A stretch of DNA of 63,930 bases, the filler included, from an uncultured bacterium (GTDB lineage: Bacteria; Auribacterota; CAZIXI01): assembly GCA_964543115.1 (NCBI GenBank). It is 8 parts of 8 records of this genome, joined end to end, with 100 filler letters (N's around TTAATTAATTAA, not from the genome) between each part and the next. Parts side by side here need not be neighbours in the genome. Positions count along the whole stretch, not along the records: positions 16,264 to 24,206 come from CAZIXI010000161.1; positions 24,307 to 32,237 come from CAZIXI010000162.1; 6 more parts are not named here. The stretch is one strand, 5' to 3'. This document shows positions 18,107 through 27,898 of this stretch, piece after piece. The first letter of the stretch is position 1. Each line of letters starts with the position of its first letter. The notes beneath the pieces were generated by a model. The model was not told the DNA's origin, ran no database searches, and saw nothing but the letters and a program-made list of their open reading frames with translations. Both the position numbers and the translations under genes were made by a program.

Positions 18107-19723
18107 ATGGTTGATGCAGAAAGGAATGATAGTGTAAAAACAACAGGAGAGGAGGAAGCTTTTACGAAGGAGTTAATCTGGCAGTATACTGACCGGATTA
18201 AGGATATCCGTCCCGGAAAAATTGTCCGAGGGAAAATTATTAATATCGGCAATAAGGATGTGGTAATTGATGTCGGTTACAAGTCAGAAGGGATCCTTCC
18301 GGTATCGGAATTTCGCGATATTAATTCTTTCAATATCGGCGATGAAGTTGACGTGTTGATCGAGCAGGTAGAAGGGGCGGAAGGGTCAATTTCTATTTCT
18401 AAGGAAAAAGCCGACAAAATGCAGAACTGGTCCCGGATGGTTGTTGCCCAGAAAGACGGGACAAGTGTCCAGGGTAAGATCTTTAAGAAAGTCAAGGGCG
18501 GTTACATGGTTGATGTGGGGATGGAGGCTTTTCTGCCTGCCAGCCAGGTGGATCTGAAGCCGGTAACGGATTTAAAACTGATCCTGAACCATAATTTTGA
18601 GTTTGTCGTGGTCAAGGTGGATGAGGCGCGGAAAAATATCGTTCTCTCCCGGAGGAAATTCCTCGAGGAAAGGCGCCGTGTACGGAAGGAAGAGTTATTG
18701 GCCACTTTAAAGATAGGGGATATTGTTAAGGGTACGGTTAGAAATATTACCGATTTTGGCGCGTTTGTCGATTTAAACGGGCTGGACGGTTTATTACATA
18801 TTACTGATATGACCTGGGGCCGCATTAGTCATCCTTCTGAACTGGTGGCTATCGGCGATGAAATTGATATACTCATTCTCAGTATTGATAAAGAGAAAGA
18901 GAAGGTATCCTTAGGGTTGAAACAGACTACACCCGATCCCTGGCAGGACGTGGAACAGAAGTATCCGGTAGGCAGCCGGGTGAAGGGCCGGGTAGTAAAT
19001 ATTGTTCCCTATGGCGCCTTTGTGGAATTAGAGAAGGGAATCGAAGGCTTAATTCATGTTTCGGAACTTTCCTGGACCAAGAGGGTGAATCATCCCAGTG
19101 AGATGCTGGCCGTGGGAGATGTTGTTGAGGCACTGGTGCTTTCCATTGATAAAAATGCCCGGCGCATTTCAATGGGGATAAAGCAGATCGAGCCTAATCC
19201 CTGGACCAAGGTGAGCGAAAAGTATCCGATCGGATCGATCGTTAAGGGTAAGGTGCGCAATCTTACTAATTACGGTGCCTTCATTGAATTGGAAGACGGT
19301 ATTGACGGTTTGATCCATGTTTCTGATTTGAGCTGGACCAAGAAGATTGAACATCCTTCGGAAGTGGTTAAAAAGGGAGATATTTTGGAGGTGAAGGTTG
19401 TTAATGTGGACCCGGACAATCAGCGTATTGCTTTGGGGCTAAAACAATTACAGTCTGATCCCTGGACGGGAGTCGAAGATCGTTTTCCCGCCGAGACCAT
19501 TGTCAGCGGTAAGGTAACCAAAGTAGCGCCTTTTGGTGTTTTTCTGGAACTGGAACCGGGCGTGGAGGGTCTTATCCATGTTTCCCAGCTGCCGGAGAAA
19601 GGTGAGAAGCAGGAAGGAGAAGAAGGCGAAGGCGCGGATATTAAAGAGGGTGATACCGTTGCCGCTAAGGTGGTCAGTGTTTCTTTAGAGGAGCGGAAGA
19701 TTGCCTTAACAATGAAGGAATAG
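18107..19723 (+). CDS. rpsA: 30S ribosomal protein S1
   Basis: Six S1 repeats (TDFGAFVDL, DGLLHITDMTW, EGLIHVSELSW). Confidence 0.97.
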   Translation: MVDAERNDSVKTTGEEEAFTKELIWQYTDRIKDIRPGKIVRGKIINIGNKDVVIDVGYKSEGILPVSEFRDINSFNIGDEVDVLIEQVEGAEGSISISKEKADKMQNWSRMVVAQKDGTSVQGKIFKKVKGGYMVDVGMEAFLPASQVDLKPVTDLKLILNHNFEFVVVKVDEARKNIVLSRRKFLEERRRVRKEELLATLKIGDIVKGTVRNITDFGAFVDLNGLDGLLHITDMTWGRISHPSELVAIGDEIDILILSIDKEKEKVSLGLKQTTPDPWQDVEQKYPVGSRVKGRVVNIVPYGAFVELEKGIEGLIHVSELSWTKRVNHPSEMLAVGDVVEALVLSIDKNARRISMGIKQIEPNPWTKVSEKYPIGSIVKGKVRNLTNYGAFIELEDGIDGLIHVSDLSWTKKIEHPSEVVKKGDILEVKVVNVDPDNQRIALGLKQLQSDPWTGVEDRFPAETIVSGKVTKVAPFGVFLELEPGVEGLIHVSQLPEKGEKQEGEEGEGADIKEGDTVAAKVVSVSLEERKIALTMKE

Positions 19724-19724
19724 T

Positions 19725-19790
19725 CCACGAGCTGTAGCTCGCTCTTAGACCATAGACCACGAGCAAAGCTCGCTGGTCTATGGTCTTTTA
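19725..19790 (+). terminator. Long hairpin after rpsA (REP-like, probable terminator)
   Basis: AGACCATAGACC/GGTCTATGGTCT stem plus T tract; duplicated CCACGAGC-n-GCTCGCT motif. Confidence 0.55.
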
Positions 19791-19797
19791 TTTAATT

Positions 19798-20994
19798 ATG
19801 AATGCGGATAAACAATTAGAGATTATCAGGCAGGGGACAGTACAGGTTATCAGTGAAGCTGAGCTGAAAGAAAAGTTACAGCAGGCAGCTAAGGAGAAGA
19901 GGCCCCTGCGCGTAAAATACGGGGCCGATCCTTCCGCGCCGGACATTCATCTGGGGCATACAGTGCCCTTAAGGAAATTACGCCAGTTTCAGGATATGGG
20001 CCATGAAGTTATTTTTATTATTGGTGATTTTACCGCGATGATCGGTGATCCTTCCGGCCGTTCGGAAACCAGGCCGGCTCTGTCCCTCCAGCAGGTAGAA
20101 GAAAATGCCAAGACCTATAAACGGCAGGTTTTTAAGATTCTTGATCCCAAAAAGACCAAGGTTGTTTATAACAGTCATTGGCTAAATAAACTTAAACTGA
20201 CCGTTATTGTTTCCCTTACCGCCAAATATACCGTTGCCCGGATGTTAGAGCGGGATGTTTTTGTTAAACGCTATAAAGGGGGACAGCCAATCAGTATGGT
20301 AGAGTTTCTCTATCCTTTACTGCAGGGCTATGATTCCGTGGAATTAAAAGCGGATGTGGAACTGGGCGGCACCGATCAGACATTTAATCTCCTGGTCAGC
20401 CGTGAGATTCAGCGGGAATACGGCCAAGAAGCACAGGTAGTTATTACCATGCCGATTCTGGAAGGCACAGACGGCGTGAATAAGATGAGTAAAAGCCTGG
20501 GCAATTATATTGCCGTTGAAGAACCGCCCAAAGATATGTACGGCAAAATCATGAGTGTCTCTGATCAGTTGATGCTGCGATACTATAATTTATTGACGGA
20601 GATTGACTCAGAGAAGCTGGCGCGGGATATTAAAGAGGGCCGCAAGCACCCGATGGAAGCAAAAAAAGAATTGGCCCGTACCATTGTCAGCCAGTATTAT
20701 GGTAACGCTAAGGCCGGACAGGCGGAAGCGGAATTCCAAAAGGTCTTTAGTCAGCGGGAAACGCCTTCCGAGATGCCGTCCGTTGCCGTTGGGAAGGGTG
20801 AAGTCTGGATCGTCCAGTTAGTAGTTGATACCGGCGCGGTTAAGAGCAAAGGTGAGGCGCGCCGGTTGATCCGCCAGGGCGGCATTACTATTGATGGTGA
20901 AAAGATTACCGATGAAGAGGCCAAGCTCAAGCCACCTGCCGGGGCGGTGATCAAAGTCGGTAAACGTCATTTCTTTAAAGTAACCCCTAAATAA
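19798..20994 (+). CDS. tyrS: Tyrosine--tRNA ligase
   Basis: [28 protein letters not shown]-terminal S4 domain. Confidence 0.97.
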   Translation: MNADKQLEIIRQGTVQVISEAELKEKLQQAAKEKRPLRVKYGADPSAPDIHLGHTVPLRKLRQFQDMGHEVIFIIGDFTAMIGDPSGRSETRPALSLQQVEENAKTYKRQVFKILDPKKTKVVYNSHWLNKLKLTVIVSLTAKYTVARMLERDVFVKRYKGGQPISMVEFLYPLLQGYDSVELKADVELGGTDQTFNLLVSREIQREYGQEAQVVITMPILEGTDGVNKMSKSLGNYIAVEEPPKDMYGKIMSVSDQLMLRYYNLLTEIDSEKLARDIKEGRKHPMEAKKELARTIVSQYYGNAKAGQAEAEFQKVFSQRETPSEMPSVAVGKGEVWIVQLVVDTGAVKSKGEARRLIRQGGITIDGEKITDEEAKLKPPAGAVIKVGKRHFFKVTPK

Positions 20995-20998
20995 TACA

Positions 20999-21892
20999 GT
21001 GAATCTCGATCTACTTTCCTCATGTGAACTCTGTCCCCATCGATGTCAGGTTAATCGCTTAAAGGGAGAACTTGGTTTCTGCCGGGCCGGCGAAGATATT
21101 GTTGTTTATGATTACCAGCTGCATCTGGGAGAGGAACCGCCGCTATCCGGTACACGGGGATCAGGAACGATCTTCTTCAGTCATTGTAACAGTCGCTGTG
21201 TTTACTGCCAGAATTACAGATTCAGCCAATCAGGCGATGGAAGAAAAGTTACGATTAGGGAATTGGCTGAAATGATGCTCTTTTTACAGAAACAGGGCGC
21301 CCACAATATAAACTTGGTTACCGCCACGCATTTCGTCCCCGAGATTATCGCCGCTTTTACTATTTCCGCTGAAAATGGTTTGCGGGTTCCTATTGTTTAT
21401 AACACTAATGGTTATGAGTTGCCGGAAACATTAAAGTTATTGGAGGGGATTGTTGATATTTATCTTCCTGATATGCGTTATAGCAACGATGCGGCCGCGC
21501 AAAAATATTCTTCCCTGCCTGATTATGTCTCTTATAACAGAGAGGCGGTAAAAATAATGTATCAGCAGGTTGGTGATTTGCAAATTAAAGACGGGATTGC
21601 AACCCGTGGTCTGATTATTCGCCATTTGGTGCTGCCTAACGATATTGCCGGCAGCAGAGACACGCTTACGTTTATCAAAAATGAGCTTTCCCCGGCCGTG
21701 GCGGTTTCCGTGATGGGGCAATACTATCCGCTTTTTCAGGCCAGCCGGTATCCGGAACTAAACCGCCAGCCAACCGCCGCTGAATACGAACCGGTGCTGG
21801 CTTTAGTAGACGAACTGGGCCTCGTTAACGGCTGGTGCCAGGAAATCCCCGATGAAACCGACCGCAACAGATTCCTGGGAGAGAATTTTTAA
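20999..21892 (+). CDS. Radical SAM protein, PflX/PFL-activating-enzyme-like
   Basis: CELCPHRC, CNSRCVYCQNY, VYNTNGYE, IIRHLVLP. Confidence 0.85.
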   Translation: MNLDLLSSCELCPHRCQVNRLKGELGFCRAGEDIVVYDYQLHLGEEPPLSGTRGSGTIFFSHCNSRCVYCQNYRFSQSGDGRKVTIRELAEMMLFLQKQGAHNINLVTATHFVPEIIAAFTISAENGLRVPIVYNTNGYELPETLKLLEGIVDIYLPDMRYSNDAAAQKYSSLPDYVSYNREAVKIMYQQVGDLQIKDGIATRGLIIRHLVLPNDIAGSRDTLTFIKNELSPAVAVSVMGQYYPLFQASRYPELNRQPTAAEYEPVLALVDELGLVNGWCQEIPDETDRNRFLGENF

Positions 21893-21904
21893 GGAGAAGT
21901 TGGG

Positions 21905-22961
21905 AGAAGGGGTCAGGCACCGAATATCTACTTTAGCCTTTTTTCGACTTTTTCCACTAGCCAATAACATCCTTTTCTGTTCTCTATTTCTTTTTCTGCA
22001 CGGGTATATTGTTTGGACACTGCTTTGGGACCAATATCCCCAAATTCTAAAGCAATCTCTTTACAAGTTTTGTTTCTTAAATTTTTTGATAAATAAATAA
22101 AAGCTGTTCTTCCTGCTCCTCTGAGCCCCCTTCTACTTCTATATATATCTTCTTCCTTAATGCCACAGCCATACAATACTCTCAGTATATCATCTGCACT
22201 TATTTTATTTATAACTTCAGGGTAATCCTGCCACATTTTCTTCTTCGACAATCTTTTTCCTTGTAGAATATCTTTAATTTTATTCTTAAAATCCTCATTG
22301 CCCAATAGGGCAGGCCATCTTCTCTTCTCTAATTTTGCTAAGACTTCATTATCATTTTCATCTGTTTTTATGTATATGTCCAGCATTGTTGTAGCTTCTT
22401 TTTTACTATCACCAAATTGTGACAATATAAACTCTGTTTCTACCCAATCCCCCTTTTCTTTGTCTAAATATATTCTATGGCTAGTCCATTTGTAATCTTC
22501 TGGTTGTGAGCATAATCCTGCTTTTACGGGATTCATGTGTATATATTGCACCATTTTCTTTAAATAATTCTCCCCTCCTACAAGAATACTTTTATATCTG
22601 CCTTTAAACAAACTGCCATCTATTTTATATTTCTTATTTATTGTTTGTGTGTAAAATCCATCTATATATCCCATAACTTTGGAGATGTTTCCCTTAGGAG
22701 TTCTTAATAATAAATGGTAGTGATTGCTCATCAAACAATAGGCATGAACTTCAATCTGATAGCGTTTGATAGCTTTTTGCAGCAATCGCAAATAGATTTC
22801 TCTATCTTTGTTACTAAAGAATATCTTTTCTTTTCTCCTGCCGCGATTTAGTATATGATACCAAGCACCCGCATATGAAACACGTAATGGTCTACTCATA
22901 CCACAATAGTACTACAATATGCCTACTCCGTAAAGTAGATATTCGGTGCCTGACCCCTTCT
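21905..22961 (-). mobile_element. Y1/RAYT-type transposase element bounded by a perfect 31-bp inverted repeat
   Basis: AGAAGGGGTCAGGCACCGAATATCTACTTTA (21905-21935) and its exact reverse complement (22931-22961). Confidence 0.8.
21928..22899 (-). CDS. HUH (Y1) transposase, IS200/RAYT-like, with C-terminal HTH-like extension
   Basis: YHILNRG, AYCLMSNHYHLL, LFKGRYKS, YIHMNPVKAGL, YKWTS. Confidence 0.9.
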   Translation of the reverse strand: MSRPLRVSYAGAWYHILNRGRRKEKIFFSNKDREIYLRLLQKAIKRYQIEVHAYCLMSNHYHLLLRTPKGNISKVMGYIDGFYTQTINKKYKIDGSLFKGRYKSILVGGENYLKKMVQYIHMNPVKAGLCSQPEDYKWTSHRIYLDKEKGDWVETEFILSQFGDSKKEATTMLDIYIKTDENDNEVLAKLEKRRWPALLGNEDFKNKIKDILQGKRLSKKKMWQDYPEVINKISADDILRVLYGCGIKEEDIYRSRRGLRGAGRTAFIYLSKNLRNKTCKEIALEFGDIGPKAVSKQYTRAEKEIENRKGCYWLVEKVEKRLK

Positions 22962-23260
22962 GGACCCTGACCCCTTCTGCCCTTGACCCCTTCTTATCTT
23001 TTTCCCCTTTCTTTTTTCTTCTCTTCTGACTGACCACTTGACGATTATCTAATCTGATGCTTTATTAAGATAGCTTATAAAGATAAGTATAATCTATATG
23101 TATAAATACAATACATTAAATATGTCTAAATATGTCTATAAAGGGGACATAAAGGGGATACTATTTTTTGCTGTTTGTGGTTAAGTGGCAGGCAATTAAG
23201 GAGTTATGGATTTTTCGTTTAGGCTAGCATGATAATTGCTATATTAGGTTATATGGAGAA

Positions 23261-24206
23261 GTGTTTTTTATGAAAGATATCATAATATTCGTTAATGTGT
23301 TTTTGCTAATCCTTAATAGTGCCTTTAATAGTGCCTCGGTATACGCGCTAGACCGGGTGGATATTCAGCCTGCAGCCAACTTGTCTACTAATTTCATAAA
23401 TGATCTTTTTGTGCCGGAACAGTATGGGATAATAGAAAAAACAGCTGCCTTTACCGATTCGCAGCAGGCGAAGACGATAATTATTATTCAAGATGCACAC
23501 TGTAATTACGAGGCCCAGCATAATATCGCCAATATCATTGAGACCCTGGTTCGGGATTATGGGATCAGTCTGGTTGCAGTAGAAGGAGCGGAAGGTGATT
23601 TGGATTTGAGCCGGTATGGGAAATATGCGGATGGAGAAGCGAAAGCCAAGGCAGTAGATAAATACGTACGGCAAGGATATGTTAGTGGCCCGGAATATTT
23701 GAATATCACCCAATACCAACAACTGCCCTTTGGGATTTACGGAATAGAGGATGGACGGCTTTATGTGAAGAATTATGTTTCTTTCAGGGAAAATTTGGCT
23801 AATGCCAAGGAGACGGGAACATTTATTAAGCAGGTTACAAAGGTGCTGCAGGCGTTAAAGGAAAAGGTTTATTCGGAGGAGTTGTTGGCTTTTGATCAGA
23901 AGCAGAGGGAGTATGATAAGAATGAGTTTAGTCTGATGGACTGGATTAACTATCTTAAACAATGGATGAAAGACGAAGGAAAAAAAAACAAATTTTAGAC
24001 GGGTGGTTAAAGCAATAGAGCTGGAGGAGGGAATTGATTTTAAGAGGGTGGAATGGGAAAGAGAGAAGTTGATCAGGTGGCTGGACCAGGAATTGGTTAA
24101 GGATGATCTGGAAGCGCTGGTCAAAAAAAGTTTTGAATATAAATTGGGTAAGATTTCATCGTTAAATTACTATGAATATCTGACAGGGAGAATTAAGGAC
24201 AAAAAT
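23261..24206 (+). CDS. N-terminus of a large exported protein; frameshift at an A9 run (23980-23988); 3' incomplete
   Basis: Signal-like N-terminus; IIQDAHCNYEAQHNIA, VAVEGAEG; frame continues as NFRRVVKAIELEEGIDF if the run is A8. Confidence 0.7.
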
Positions 24207-24306
24207 NNNNNNNNNNNNNNNNNNNNNNNNNNNNNNNNNNNNNNNNNNNNTTAATTAATTAANNNNNNNNNNNNNNNNNNNNNNNNNNNNNNNNNNNNNN
24301 NNNNNN
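24207..24306. other. Artificial scaffold linker
   Basis: N-TTAATTAATTAA-N, 100 nt. Confidence 0.98.
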
Positions 24307-25223
24307 TGCGTAATATTATCACTCAGCTGGAAACGTTGAAGCCCAAAGTAGCGATTATTGATTCAATTCAGATAGTTTATTTACCGGAATTATCCTCTGC
24401 CCCGGGAAGTGTCGCTCAATTAAGGGAAGGGGTCTCCGCCCTGGTTAAAATCGCAAAAACTGAAGGTATTAGTCTGCTGCTGATCGGGCATGTGACAAAA
24501 TCCGGCGCCATTGCCGGCCCGCGGGTTGTTGAGCATCTTGTGGATACGGTGCTTTATTTTGAAGGTGACAACCGGCATAAGTACCGGATATTACGGGCGG
24601 TAAAGAACAGGTTCGGCTCTACCGATGAGATAGGCATTTTTACCATGCAGGAAAACGGCCTGCAGGAAGTGAGTAATCCGTCACAAATATTTCTTGCTGA
24701 CGGAAGGGAGGCGATTTCCGGTGCTACTGTAGTTGCGGCAATTGAAGGAACACGCCCGCTCTTGGTAGAGTTACAGGCCCTGGTGGCTTCAACTATTTTT
24801 GGCATGCCGGAGCGGCGCACAACCGGATTGGACCATCGCCGGTTGGCGATCCTGCTGGCTGTGTTGGAAAAAAGGGTGGGGTTGCGGCTTGGTGATAAGG
24901 ATGTTTTTGTTAATATTGCCGGCGGGATAAAACTGTGGGAACCGGCTGTTGATCTGGGAATAGTAATGGCCGTTGTTTCCAGCTTTCGTGAAATACCAAT
25001 ACCCCCAAATGTGGTGGTCTTTGGTGAGGTTGGCCTGGGCGGAGAGGTACGGCCGGTGACACAGGCCCAACGGCGGATAGCTGAGGCCCGGCGTTTAGGG
25101 TTTAAGACCGTAATCCTGCCGCAAGTTAATGCAGAGCAAATAAAAGGCAATAAAGGCATAGAACTGGTGGGAGTGGATTCGGTTAATAAGGCCGTAGAGT
25201 TTCTACTGGCTTATCCCAAGTGA
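24307..25223 (+). CDS. radA: DNA repair protein RadA/Sms (5' incomplete)
   Basis: IIDSIQ, GHVTKSGAIAGPRVVEHLVD, RAVKNRFG, GEVGLGGEVR. Confidence 0.96.
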
Positions 25224-25262
25224 AACTTGGGACTGCTATAGGGGAATGGATATAGACTGTCC
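25213..25262 (-). repeat. REP-like element of the same family as 1179, 3243 and 6186
   Basis: Hairpin TCCCAAGTGAAACTTGGGA; reverse strand reads GGACAGTCTATATCCATTCCCCTATAGCAGTC, resembling the 43-bp unit. Confidence 0.6.
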
Positions 25263-25271
25263 AAAAAAGTT

Positions 25272-26426
25272 ATGAAAGTAACAGCAATCATTGTTGCTGC
25301 TGGAAAGGGGAAGAGACTGGCGGCAAAAACACCAAAACAATATATAAAGATAGCCGGCAGGCCGCTTTTGGCATATACCCTGGAGACATTTAATAACCAT
25401 CCGTTGATCGATAAGATTGTATTGGTAGTGGCCAAAGATAAAATAAAGAATGCCCGCAGGCTGCTTTCTCGATATTGTTTCGATAAGGTTGAGAAGGTAG
25501 TAGCCGGCAGGTCATCTCGGGGGCACTCAGTTTGGCAGGGAGTAAAAACGGTAGATGCCGATACGGATTTTGTTGCTATTCATGATGGGGTGCGGCCGTT
25601 AGCGGATTCAGGGTTGATAAGCCGCGTGATTAGAGCCGCCTGGCGTTACGGCGCCAGTATTCCGGCCCTAACCCCTAAGGCCACAATCAAGCAAGTTTCT
25701 AACAAGGGCTGGATTGAGAAGACATTGGTTCGTTCTCAGTTAGCTGAGGTACAGACCCCGCAGGTATTTAAATATCAGCTAATAGAAAAATGCTGTCGTA
25801 AATACAAGCGGCAGTTGGCCAAGATTACTGATGAGAGTACATTGCTGGAAAGAGCCGGATACAGAATCAAGGTAGTGGCTGGAGATTATCATAATATCAA
25901 GGTTACAACGAAAGATGATTTAGATATTGTGAATTCCCGCTCCATACCCGTCAGAACAGGCATGGGTTATGATATTCATCCACTGCAGAAAGGCCGGCGT
26001 CTTATTTTAGGAGGTGTTACCATTCCGTCAGCCAGGGGTTTATTTGGGCATTCGGACGCGGATGTGTTATTGCACGCGATTACCGATGCCTTACTGGGTG
26101 CCGCGGGCAAACGTGATATTGGCTGGCATTTTCCTGATACGGACAAACGTTACAAGAATGTTGACAGCAGTATTCTGTTAAGAGCAGCGCTGCGTTTAGT
26201 CGCCGGGGAGGGTTGGCAGGTGGTTAATTGTGACAGTATTATTGTTGCCCAGAGCCCGCGGTTAAAGCCCTACAATCCGGAGATGACCAGAAACATAGCT
26301 AAATGGTTGCAGGTAAGCAAGGCAAAGGTAAATGTAAAGTATTGCAGTCCCGAGGAAATCGGCCCATTAGGAGATCAGAAAGCCATTGCCGCTTTGGCAG
26401 TTATCTCTATCAAAGGTAAAAAATGA
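25272..26426 (+). CDS. ispDF: Bifunctional IspD/IspF
   Basis: AAGKGKRL...PKQY, IHDGVRP, VQTPQVF; then GMGYDIH, GHSDADVLLHAITDALLGA. Confidence 0.95.
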   Translation: MKVTAIIVAAGKGKRLAAKTPKQYIKIAGRPLLAYTLETFNNHPLIDKIVLVVAKDKIKNARRLLSRYCFDKVEKVVAGRSSRGHSVWQGVKTVDADTDFVAIHDGVRPLADSGLISRVIRAAWRYGASIPALTPKATIKQVSNKGWIEKTLVRSQLAEVQTPQVFKYQLIEKCCRKYKRQLAKITDESTLLERAGYRIKVVAGDYHNIKVTTKDDLDIVNSRSIPVRTGMGYDIHPLQKGRRLILGGVTIPSARGLFGHSDADVLLHAITDALLGAAGKRDIGWHFPDTDKRYKNVDSSILLRAALRLVAGEGWQVVNCDSIIVAQSPRLKPYNPEMTRNIAKWLQVSKAKVNVKYCSPEEIGPLGDQKAIAALAVISIKGKK

Positions 26427-27898
26427 AGAAGAAGATTAGAGTCAGGTTTGCTCCTTCGCCATCCGGTGAGTTGCATATTGGTAATAGCCGGACGGCGCTG
26501 TTTAACTGGTTGCTGGCCCATAAACAGGGAGGAACGTTTATCCTGCGAATAGAAGATACGGATACCGAGCATTCAGCGGAGAAATATACGGCAAGTATTA
26601 TGGATAATCTTCGCTGGTTGGGGCTAACCTGGGATGAAGGCCCCAATATCGGCGGGGAGTATGGGCCGTATCGGCAGTCTTTACGCAAGAAGATATATGA
26701 GGAATATTTTAATAAATTAAAACAAAAAGGTTTAGTGTATCCCTGTTATTGTACGGAAGAAGAGTTAACGGAGAGACGGAAGGCAGCGTTGCCTAAAGGG
26801 GGGAGTACCCGCTACGATAACCGCTGCCGCGATTTGAATGAGGCAAAGATGAAGGAACTAGAGCGGGCAGGGAGGAAACCGTCGTGGCGATTTCGGGTAC
26901 AGCAAAACAGGAAAATAACAGTTAATGATATGGTGCATGGAAAAATAATTTTTGATACTAATCAATTGGGTGATTTTATTGTTCTCAAGTCTGATGGTTC
27001 TCCGACATTTAATTTTGCCGTTAGTGTAGATGATATGTGTATGGAGGTAACCCACATTATTCGTGGAGATGATCATTTGTCCAATACCCCCAGGCATATT
27101 TTACTCTGGGAGGCCCTGGGAGCAAAAATACCGCAAATAGCCCATAATACCATGACCAGGGGGCCGGATGGTAACCGTTTAAGTAAACGGCACGGGGCGA
27201 CATCGATCAGTGAATTCCGGCGATTAGGTTATTTGCCGGAGGGTTTAATTAATTATATGGCGCTTTTAGGCTGGTCTCCGGGCAATAACCGCGAGCTGTT
27301 CAAGAAAGAAGAATTGATTGAGGCATTTTCCCTTAAAGGGCTTTCCAGGGCCTCGGCAGTCTTTGATCGGCAGAAACTCAACTGGATAGATAATTATCAT
27401 ATTTGTCAGGCAGATATATCAAGATTGGTGAATTTAGCCGTTCCTTATTTAAAAGGGACCCAATTATTGAAAGGACCGGTATCAGAAGCCCAATTCCATC
27501 TGTTAGAGAAAATGATTGCTGCGATTCGTGCTCGTTTATCAATGGTCAGTGAGAGTGTAGATTATCTGAAGATTTTTCTTGCGGAAAAAGTCACAATTTC
27601 CGATAAGGATATACAGGAGATTCTGACGGCCAATTATGTTCCCCGGCTATTTGCGGAAATAATAGCTGATTTTAAGGACAGGGACGAAATAGCGGGGGAA
27701 GAAGTAGCGGAAGTGTTCTCGCGTGTACAGCAGAAGCTGGGGGTTGAAGGAAAACAGTTTTATCAGCCATTACGTTTAGCCCTCACCGGGATGGCCGAAG
27801 GCCCGGAATTAATTAAGGTTATCCCGTTAATGGATAAGAAGAAAATAATTAACCGGCTGGAAACAGCGTTGGAGAAACGAGACAGTGTACGTATATAA
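26423..27898 (+). CDS. gltX: Glutamate--tRNA ligase
   Basis: RFAPSPSGELHIGN, LRIEDTD, RLSKR. Confidence 0.96.
   Translation: MKKKIRVRFAPSPSGELHIGNSRTALFNWLLAHKQGGTFILRIEDTDTEHSAEKYTASIMDNLRWLGLTWDEGPNIGGEYGPYRQSLRKKIYEEYFNKLKQKGLVYPCYCTEEELTERRKAALPKGGSTRYDNRCRDLNEAKMKELERAGRKPSWRFRVQQNRKITVNDMVHGKIIFDTNQLGDFIVLKSDGSPTFNFAVSVDDMCMEVTHIIRGDDHLSNTPRHILLWEALGAKIPQIAHNTMTRGPDGNRLSKRHGATSISEFRRLGYLPEGLINYMALLGWSPGNNRELFKKEELIEAFSLKGLSRASAVFDRQKLNWIDNYHICQADISRLVNLAVPYLKGTQLLKGPVSEAQFHLLEKMIAAIRARLSMVSESVDYLKIFLAEKVTISDKDIQEILTANYVPRLFAEIIADFKDRDEIAGEEVAEVFSRVQQKLGVEGKQFYQPLRLALTGMAEGPELIKVIPLMDKKKIINRLETALEKRDSVRI

Noticed and set aside
19724..19797. T-box leader for tyrS
   Set aside because: Too short and lacks the T-box consensus; explained as a hairpin or terminator
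24554..25159. 201-aa minus-strand ORF
   Set aside because: Antisense to the well-conserved radA; no motifs
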